Positions 50,008-58,204 of a stretch of DNA of 64,000 nt are shown one piece after another; position 1 is the first letter of the stretch; every line of letters starts with the position of its first letter. Under the pieces are notes generated by a model. The model saw nothing but the letters and a program-made list of their open reading frames with translations. It was not told where the DNA came from and searched no databases. The stretch comes from Oopsacas minuta. Taxonomy: Eukaryota > Animalia > Porifera. The translations under genes were made by a program, and so were the position numbers. The DNA is taken from NCBI GenBank assembly GCA_024704765.1, contig JAKMXF010000222.1, positions 1-64,000 on the forward strand, given 5' to 3'.

Positions 50008-51912
50008 TCATACAGAGTTCTCCGGGAGTTTGCTTAGACTCTCGTAGTTAATTCTTGAGAGTCTCTGGCTGTCTATCATCCGCATGAGAGAGGACATGGA
50101 GGCAAAAGACCCGAAATCTATGCTGTCACAGAAACTTCTATCGTGCTCGCTATGTCTCGCATTAGGCATATTCTGTTCAAATCGACTGGTTACGGTGCCT
50201 GCGGTTATTCGCGCCTCTGGTTCCTTGTACGTACAATCTAGTATCGTTATTCTAGCACGTGACAATAGATTATGGTCCTTCCACTCATTTGGCATAGATA
50301 ACAGTCTATCAATAGGAGTCTGGTGTAGGTCTTTCAGCTGATGAATCAGTTGAGTTCTGTTAAGTCTAGATTTGTCTAAGAGAGATCCCTGCACCAGATC
50401 AGAGAATGGGATCTTATGTTCTAGGCATAGAGAAGGACCATTCTCAATCTCACATCTACAGAATATCTCCCAGAGCACTAGGCCTAGTGAGAACACATCC
50501 ATCTGTTTGAAACTATCCAAATTCTTTAAGTTAATCTTAGCAGTCAGAGCCTCTGGAGCCATATAGAAGGGTGTTCCTACTTGTCCTGCGTTAGCGAAGC
50601 TTTCTTCTGTATGATTAGGATTGAGAGCTATAGCTAATCCCAGGTCTGATACACAACATGACATATTACCACGGATTAACACGTTAGAGCTCTTTATGTC
50701 TCTGTGAGCTATTGGACACTTAGCTACAGCAGAATAGCCTTTATCTGCACGAGCTAGCCCTGTATGTGAGTGTAGATAGCTTATACCGGAAGCTATCTCG
50801 AAGGAGAAGCGAGAAGCAACCTCCCAACTAAGAGTATTCATCTCTAAGAAGTTACAGAGAGATCCTCTAGAACATAGCTCCATCAGTAACACACCTTTAG
50901 TTACTAATTCTAACTGATTATTCTCCTCAATGAATCCTGAGTGTATATACCGTACTATATTAGGATGATATGTAGTCTCTTGTGAGAATATAGCTCTTTC
51001 TGATCTCCAAGCATTCATCTCAAAAGACAGCCAAACCTTACAAGCCATCTCTCTTCCGAGGTAAGTACATCGCCATACATGACCGTATTTACCCGATCCA
51101 ATCAACTCAGAGAGATGTAAGTCTGTTAGGATGGGTACACGGGCCAACTCAGGGTCCTCATGAAACCCCTCCGGACTGGATAGGGTAGCCATTTCATGAG
51201 GACAGGAAGTGGTCTTATCATCGGCTAGATGGTACGATGAGAAATCATTCCTAACCCTATAACACTTCCATATAAGGAGAGGACATATCATAAGTACTGC
51301 TATTAGAAACGCTACAAATACTCCTACAGCTATAAATGCTAAATACTCAGGGGGGATATGTACCAAGGTGGGTAGTGACGTCACTGTAGTGTTGTATATA
51401 GTAGTGTTGATGGGACTAGTAGGAAAAGATATGACGTCATGAAGAAATGAGAACTGTATCAGCTGATTACAATATGATGTGTTACAAGCGCAGAGAAATG
51501 GAGGGAATATGGTTGATCTCCGTGGATCGCTAGTATTTTGAGGCAGTAGAGAAGTGTTCATATAATTTTGTGTAAACAGAGATAGTATATAAGAACTGTT
51601 AGAAAACTCTACTGAGTTAGTAGCACTACAAGTGTCATTCAAATCTAATCTCCCAGGACTAGGACAGCCTATATACGTCATTTTATAGAAGTTTTCTGAT
51701 TTGGTGTTTGTAAGTAAGACCCGGCAATATGGACAGTCTTCTGTCTGGTTGCAATTAGCAGTACATTCGTAACGTGAAAAGCCGTTATCAGCTGTTAGTT
51801 CAAGTAGTCTGCATGTGATATCGCGATTATTAGCACAAGTGTAGCATATTACAGCAGAAGAGGGAGTGATTACACAGTAAATTGCAATGAGAATAATAAT
51901 TATTTGCAACAT
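50008..51912 (-). CDS. TGF-beta/activin/BMP type II receptor serine/threonine kinase, single exon, 634 aa
   Basis: Signal peptide, Cys-rich ectodomain ending in the Cys box CACNTSYCN, one TM and no GS box. Kinase motifs IGSGKYG, HRDIKSSNVL, GQVGTPFYMAPE and FKQMDVFSLGLVLWE. Confidence 0.92.
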   Translation of the reverse strand: MLQIIIILIAIYCVITPSSAVICYTCANNRDITCRLLELTADNGFSRYECTANCNQTEDCPYCRVLLTNTKSENFYKMTYIGCPSPGRLDLNDTCSATNSVEFSNSSYILSLFTQNYMNTSLLPQNTSDPRRSTIFPPFLCACNTSYCNQLIQFSFLHDVISFPTSPINTTIYNTTVTSLPTLVHIPPEYLAFIAVGVFVAFLIAVLMICPLLIWKCYRVRNDFSSYHLADDKTTSCPHEMATLSSPEGFHEDPELARVPILTDLHLSELIGSGKYGHVWRCTYLGREMACKVWLSFEMNAWRSERAIFSQETTYHPNIVRYIHSGFIEENNQLELVTKGVLLMELCSRGSLCNFLEMNTLSWEVASRFSFEIASGISYLHSHTGLARADKGYSAVAKCPIAHRDIKSSNVLIRGNMSCCVSDLGLAIALNPNHTEESFANAGQVGTPFYMAPEALTAKINLKNLDSFKQMDVFSLGLVLWEIFCRCEIENGPSLCLEHKIPFSDLVQGSLLDKSRLNRTQLIHQLKDLHQTPIDRLLSMPNEWKDHNLLSRARITILDCTYKEPEARITAGTVTSRFEQNMPNARHSEHDRSFCDSIDFGSFASMSSLMRMIDSQRLSRINYESLSKLPENSV

Positions 51913-52174
51913 TTCTTGAATATTGTACTGTTCTCTGCTAGTATTCCAATAAATACAGTCTAATATACATATAATGTTGGTGTATAAATAACAAATTAGA
52001 CTAGATTGATAAGTTAATTATGTGATATCAGTAGACAAAGTCTTTAAGCAAGTTGCTATGTGGTTGCTAGGGTGCAGAGAATGGAATGCATTTTGTGGCT
52101 CAGTAATTGAATAAATTACATTGTTGGTTTGTTGTAATTCAATTATTTAATTTTAACATATGCTACTAAAATAT

Positions 52175-53182
52175 TTAAGTTGTCATATTAAACTCAGACA
52201 TAAGAACACCAATTGGCTCTCCACATTTCACACTTGTACTAGGGGTGACAATAAACGCGAAATCTTTAGGAGCTTCAAATACTAATACAATGGTAGAACC
52301 TAATTTAAACTCACCAACTTCCTGTCCTATCTGTATAACATTATCAAGCTTGTACTCCTTAGTATTCAAGTCCTGCGTATTTGTGTGTATTTCTGGTAGA
52401 AATGTTATTTGTATATTTCCAACGTTATACGCACCTACAGCTACAAATGAGAAGAATCCCCATTGCCACTCTCCAGTCAATGCAACACGCTCATTCTTAC
52501 TGAAAATATTTGATACCCACTTCAGTATCCATGGAGACACGGGTAGCAGATCCCTAGGGAAATGTATAGCATGTTTCGCCCGCCAATCAGCTGGTGAGTG
52601 GAAGTGATGATAATCTCCAGGAGAAAGATATAGAGTCATAAAATAGAACACTCTGTCTTGATTAGAATGCGGTACTTCACACCCTAGCAATGATGCTACG
52701 GAATATTTTCTACCTTTAATTTGCTCGATAGTCAAATCAGCTGATACTATACCGAAATTCAACACCTTGCCATCGCAAGGAGCTGCTAAAGGATGGTCAG
52801 AGCAAATGGGTCGCGAATTCGGCTTCAATTCGCGAGAAAAAAAATCAGACAGAGTGGAAAATTTCGCGATATCAGAGACCAGAGATTCTCTCAAATCACA
52901 CTTGAATATTTTAGCGTATATAGAAATAAAATGTGAAGAAAATGTTGTATTAGTAAATCGCCCCCATAACCGTGATAAAAACCGCGTGGGTACAACCCTA
53001 ACCATTTCATAGACTTCATGCTTATTCATAGATGTCTTATTCCTTCCGAAATATAACATCCAATAATAACTTCCTACACCCAATAATGCTGATAATGCTA
53101 ACACATTCCTCAATCTGTATCTCTTGGTCGTTAAAGTGTGAATATTCGCAATGGAGAAGTGTCTGAACATAACACGAGCCAT
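52175..53182 (-). CDS. PISD: Phosphatidylserine decarboxylase proenzyme, mitochondrial type, single exon, 335 aa
   Basis: PTRFLSRLWG, DFFSRELKP..RPI, YLSPGDYHHFHSP, NERV, VGAYNVG and the autocleavage motif FKLGSTIVL. Confidence 0.96.
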   Translation of the reverse strand: MARVMFRHFSIANIHTLTTKRYRLRNVLALSALLGVGSYYWMLYFGRNKTSMNKHEVYEMVRVVPTRFLSRLWGRFTNTTFSSHFISIYAKIFKCDLRESLVSDIAKFSTLSDFFSRELKPNSRPICSDHPLAAPCDGKVLNFGIVSADLTIEQIKGRKYSVASLLGCEVPHSNQDRVFYFMTLYLSPGDYHHFHSPADWRAKHAIHFPRDLLPVSPWILKWVSNIFSKNERVALTGEWQWGFFSFVAVGAYNVGNIQITFLPEIHTNTQDLNTKEYKLDNVIQIGQEVGEFKLGSTIVLVFEAPKDFAFIVTPSTSVKCGEPIGVLMSEFNMTT

Positions 53183-53324
53183 AAACTACTATTATTAGCT
53201 AAATGATTATAAGCAGGTCAGTTAATAAATGTAACATCTTACAAACAGTAATATCTAATACAGTTATATATCCGTAAGTAGAACAACAAGGTATTATTAA
53301 TCTCTTTGATTCAATCATCTGGAA

Positions 53325-54869
53325 TTATAGATAGGGTCCAAATATGTTCCCATCAGGGGGCTCCTTGCCCCATCTAGGTTCCCTCCCAGGATTGGGGAAC
53401 ATTCCAGGAATAGGACCGACAGGATCGAACCTAGGACGTATACCTCCTCTGATACCGCCCAGGGGATTATTAGGGGCGGAGAAAGGGAGACCTGGCCCTG
53501 AAAAGGGGTCCAAATCATGTGACCCTCCTATTATGAGCGGATTGTGTCCAGGCCCGTGTAGAGGAGCAGGGAGGAATTGTCCATGAGGAGGGTACACACT
53601 TGGTACAGGATCATTCTCCAAAATAAACTCCCTTTCTTTCCTCGCTTTCTGAGCTCTCTTCTCCTCAGAATATACTTGTTTGTATTTACGTTGATAATCC
53701 ATAACTCCGTGTACATACACATCAGGGAAGTCACGTGTAAGCAGACTACGCCAAATATTAGGAAAGTGTGACATTTCGTTAATATTATGGTTTACAAGAG
53801 ACACAGATACAAGGGAATGTAGGTCTAAGAAACCGAGTATTCTCAGTAACAACTCTGGACATAGTCTATCTAATCCAGCTGGTTTATTACCAGAAAGCTC
53901 TTGAATCTGTTTAAGCAATGGAGACACGAGTTTACGAGTAAGTTCATAAGTCAATCTCCTCGGACTAATGAATATATCAGCTGAATGATAATCAATGAAA
54001 GCAGATAGCATCAGTGTATGTGATACCGTAAATGCTGTATCCAGACATATTGTAATATTAGTGAGATTAGGACTGACACTAACTAGAATAACAAATATAG
54101 AAGTATCAGGCAGTAACTTCTCGTGTTTATACTCCAGCTTAATAGTATCTATTTGGTTAGATGAATCAGCTGGTAGAGTGAGGGGTCTCACTGATCTGAA
54201 GTTATGCTTAAGCATCAATAAGTGTAGGAATATACAGAGAGATTGGTGGGAATTAGACGGACACATGTCTGCCATAAACTGCTCTATGTTTATAGAGGTG
54301 TCATTAACCGCGAGGATTGGCTTTGGTTGATTAGAAGGAGGTGCTTGCATTGTCTGTAGATTTATATTCTCACACTCCACTTCACGCTCATTAATTCGCG
54401 GTTTTTCACACCTCCCAACATCCATCTTTCCCTCCAACTCCTGATTAGATAGAATTATATTAACCAAATCAGATGTATTAGGAACTATGCCAGGAGGGAA
54501 ATTAACTATTGCAAATTCTATCTGATATTTATTGAATCCCATGTTACACATCTCTTCCCTAATGACGTCATAAGAAAATCCACATGGTGTACTCATAGCA
54601 TCCTTGGATGTGTCAAAGGTACGAGTGGGTACTTGAGTGAGGATCTTAATCGCATCCCCTGATACTATCCCCAAATCACTGATACACATGGAGGGCTCCA
54701 CAGGATTTAGGGGGGTCTTGCCATTCAATGATATATCAAAATCTGTCAGGAATAATCCCTCTTGAGTTAGTCTGTCAGAAACAATAGCTTTAAGCTGATC
54801 AAACCGAGTAGAAGGTAGTACATCTGATATGTAGAAACTACTCTGATTGTACTTAATACGGAGCTTCAT
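53325..54869 (-). CDS. FBXO7: F-box only protein 7-like (Ubl, UBA-like insert, FP domain, F-box, Pro-rich tail), single exon, 514 aa
   Basis: N-terminal Ubl (MKLRIK...LGIVSGDAI), FP domain (LCIFLHLLMLKHNF), F-box (GLDRLCPELLLRILGFLD...IWRSLLTRDF) and C-terminal IIGGSHDLDP...RPRFDPVGP. Confidence 0.9.
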   Translation of the reverse strand: MKLRIKYNQSSFYISDVLPSTRFDQLKAIVSDRLTQEGLFLTDFDISLNGKTPLNPVEPSMCISDLGIVSGDAIKILTQVPTRTFDTSKDAMSTPCGFSYDVIREEMCNMGFNKYQIEFAIVNFPPGIVPNTSDLVNIILSNQELEGKMDVGRCEKPRINEREVECENINLQTMQAPPSNQPKPILAVNDTSINIEQFMADMCPSNSHQSLCIFLHLLMLKHNFRSVRPLTLPADSSNQIDTIKLEYKHEKLLPDTSIFVILVSVSPNLTNITICLDTAFTVSHTLMLSAFIDYHSADIFISPRRLTYELTRKLVSPLLKQIQELSGNKPAGLDRLCPELLLRILGFLDLHSLVSVSLVNHNINEMSHFPNIWRSLLTRDFPDVYVHGVMDYQRKYKQVYSEEKRAQKARKEREFILENDPVPSVYPPHGQFLPAPLHGPGHNPLIIGGSHDLDPFSGPGLPFSAPNNPLGGIRGGIRPRFDPVGPIPGMFPNPGREPRWGKEPPDGNIFGPYL

Positions 54870-55049
54870 GCTACTTTTTAACTAATTAAAATTAGGATAA
54901 AAAGTGAAAATTACTATTTATACGTTTGTATGATCTAAAATTAGAACAAAATGGTCCAATCATTGCATTATTAGTTCATCATTAATTAAAGTTTGCTATT
55001 ATTAGATGGCTGTTTATGTACATAAATATGATACTAAGAGATGAATAAA

Positions 55050-55057
55050 TGACGTCA
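55050..55057. promoter_or_regulatory. Consensus CRE/ATF palindrome TGACGTCA ~180 bp upstream of the FBXO7 start
   Basis: Exact motif in a 220-bp intergenic gap. Regulatory function is untested. Confidence 0.35.
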
Positions 55058-55089
55058 TATATGATGTTTTAAGTGTTAAAATTCGCATA

Positions 55090-58000
55090 TCAAATGGCTC
55101 TTTTATCAAGAATGTCAGTAATTAGTTTAACGTTAATATGCTGTATTTGTGAGTCGTCTGTGTTTGAAGGTGTGAAGAATAGTTGTTTAATGTTTCTATT
55201 CTCTTGTAACAAATCTAACAGTCTCTGTAGTACTTGTTTGGATAGGTAGTTACCTTTCAGGGATAAAGTGTGAATAGCCGCATTAGAAAAAAGGAAATTG
55301 AAGAGTTCTAACAATTCTGGTTCCTGTAGCTCTGTGTTATCCAGGTGGAGTTCTTTGAGATTAGGTGTGTGCAAGGAATCGAATCTAATCGCGTTTTTTA
55401 ACACATTTCCTGATAGGTTAACTGAAGTTAAATGTACCAAAGAGTTCAATACATTAGTGATAGGGGACTCTAATCGTATATCACAATATGAAGTGTTAAA
55501 TTCCGCTAACTTGGGAGCAGCTACTGCTAGGTTATTCATAAAAACGATAAAGTGATCGGGTGATATAACAGAGTGTGAAATTTCGAGTGTTTCTGTCTGC
55601 TGTAAATATTCTAAAATAATGTTTAAATGATCCTTGGTTAATTCACTATGTGTTATCTGTATTTTATTGATAGCAACCATGTGTGTAAATAAAGTGTCAA
55701 GATGATTAGGTGTGAAATTCCGCGTATTTTCTAATATTAAACTGTGTATAGTATTATCCTGTATCAGTTGAACCAATTCCTCAATCTGTGTATGTGTTAA
55801 ATTCCGCGTTATATGAAGAGAAGTTCCTATAAAGTATGTGTAAGCTCCTATAGAGTATGTACAATACAGAGTTGTAAGACTATTAACAAACCTGATATAA
55901 TGTATGGAGTAATACAATTATTAGTATCGTTATTAGTAACCATGGATAAAGGAGATGAAGTGACATCAGCAGAGGTGTGAACAGATGTGTTTAATTCCAC
56001 AGCTGTATTATCAACCTCAGGTGAGGATAAGAAGACACTATTCTGCGGAGAATTATCGAGATTATCAGTAACAGAATCCACACCATGGATACTAGTACCT
56101 ACATTATGAGTAGGAATATTTATATCTTCTACTTCAGTTATAGCAAGCTGTTGCTCTGTAACAATAATATAATTAGTATTAGTATTATTCGTAAGATACC
56201 ATGGATATACCTGCTATTATATTCTCTACGAGTGCTTCACTGAAGGCTGGAGAAACTGCTGTAAGAGCTGAGGGTACCAGTAATCTATCATCAGGTGTAA
56301 CGTGACCAAGAGAAGAGCTATAATCACGAGACATAGCAGTGTATGAAGATTGTGATGTAGATGATACAGTGTTAGATACCGCAGAATCAGGTCGTATCTC
56401 TGATTCAGATTGACTCTCATCCAGATCACTGTCTAGACTGACAGAACTAGTTCCATCTGAATCAGAAGACAATGAGGATCTTCTGGACACCATCTCCGGG
56501 ACCTCAAGATTTTCTTCAACCTGTGGGTATGCAGGTACAATACCTTCTGGTATACTCGCGGCATTTAAGGCCTCTGTATCTTCTAATTTAATCGCGGTTT
56601 TTACCACCTCATTATCTTCTCCTGCACTTGATGACACTTCATCAAACTCGCTAGAAAAGTAGCTAACCTCTTTATTAACACTTAATATCGATGTGTTTAC
56701 CCATGCTTCTTTTATATGAGAATTCTTATGAGAATTATTAATACTAGATTTCTCTGCTACTATGAACTTGTCTGTCTATAAATAGCTACAATAAATAATC
56801 ATAAATTCATAATAAAGTATTTACCTCTATTTCAGCTTGACATTTGAAACATGGTGTAGCATCCTTGACAGATACCCACTCGTAGTGACAGGTCTTACCA
56901 CCACCTCCTACCCTGTGTCCCGGTTTATAACGGTACTCACAGCAAGCACTCAATCTAGCATCTACTAGTCCACTCAGATAGAAAGTTAATCCTAGAGTAG
57001 AGTCCATATGTCTTCTGGATATGAATGAGAATCTGGAGCCTGGAGACAGATATCCATGGTACACTAATACAGCATTACCTCCACAGTGCTGTTGATATAC
57101 AGACACATCAGATTGAGTTTCTATAACAGAATACCTTAACTATATTCCAATAAAATAGTGTTAGTATTACCTTGTATTGTTTTACCATTAAGCTTAATCC
57201 CTCTGCCTTTATATAGAAGTGTAATAGTAGCTTTAGATTGTACAAGAGGAGTACCTCCGTAAACAGGTTTAATAACATTCCTTCTGTGCATATTGGTAAC
57301 ATGGTATTGTGTGTTACGTAACTCTGTCTTCCCACTACTAACAACAATACCATTATATTACGTCACAATATATCAATAAGCTACAAACCTCTTGTAACTA
57401 GGGTGTGCATTCTTAGATGGTGGTTTAGGAACATAAGGAGAATTTCTGTAAAGAGATCTTAGAGAGCTAGAGCCTATAGACTGAGAGGATTTAGTAGTAG
57501 CAGTACTGGGTGTAATAAGATCTCTATCTGGTACCACAGGAGTAGACTTAATCCCTAGTGCATTACTGTCTGCACGAGACAGAGGTGTGAAATTTCGCTC
57601 CCTGACATACGCAGGATGATGTCTCTCTGCTTGTAATCTAATACGGTCTGCTAATGCGTAGTTAGATTGTAGTAGTTGCCTATTACAACACAAATAAATA
57701 TACAATCAACTCCCGTCATATCGAAGTCTTAAATTTATACAAATGTGATCCCAAACCGTCAATGCAACATAAATTCGGTCGGTTATATCGAAGTAATCAT
57801 CGCGGTCCCTTGAGCTTCGATATAACGTGAGTTAACAGTACGTATATATACCTGTGTCTATGCTCAGCTCCTCTCCTCACTACATCTTCCTCTCTTACTC
57901 TCCGTCTCTGCTGCTGAAACTTATCTCTATCCATCTTCTCCTTAACCTCCCGTCTGTGTACCACAGCTCTCCATTCCTCCTCTCCAACAACCTCACCACC

Positions 58001-58126
58001 CCCTTTAATCAGTCCCTGTCTTCTCAGATGTCTTCTAACAGCAGGTCTTGACAGATACTGTCCTAGATGTTCATCCAGCAAGCTGTTATAAGTCGCGAGG
58101 TAGCTCATATCAGCCCTCGCGGCCAT
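55090..58126 (-). CDS. ERICH3: ERICH3-like (DUF4590) protein with a Ser/acidic linker and a C-terminal leucine-rich-repeat region, about 7 exons
   Basis: N-terminus LATYNSLLDEHLGQYL..VRRHLRRQGLI and DUF4590 (SKATITLLYKG, VYQQHCGG, FISRRH, RLSACCEY, PCFKC) match ERICH3. Phase-compatible GT-AG junctions lead through 56211/56098 and 55892/55847 into the LRR-like ORF (LVHLTSVNLSGN, LKELHLDNT, IHTLSLKGN). ERICH3 identity is firmer than the LRR linkage. Confidence 0.8.
57701..57840. mobile_element. MITE-like element, family A (Tc1/mariner-pogo-type ends), in ERICH3 intron 1
   Basis: TIRs tacaatcaactcccgtcatatcgaag / cttcgatataacgtgagttaacagta with TA at both ends. Related to copies at 59715 and 63281. 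Confidence 0.8.
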
Positions 58127-58204
58127 AACAATACTCTAATTCAGACAAAATATAATAATAATAAATATAATATTAAGTGAATAATTAATCACAAAAATAT
58201 GTGA

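Noticed and set aside
51195-51225. KTTSCP as a remnant GS box in the TGF-beta receptor
   Set aside because: It lacks the SGSGSG core and the following LP..VQRT motif; a four-residue match is not meaningful.
55985-56198. Alternative ERICH3 splice (donor at ~56199) giving a hydrophobic, TM-like C-terminus
   Set aside because: The phase-1 donor at 56210 gives a continuous Ser/acidic linker that splices onward in frame, which is more parsimonious. Not excluded without RNA data.
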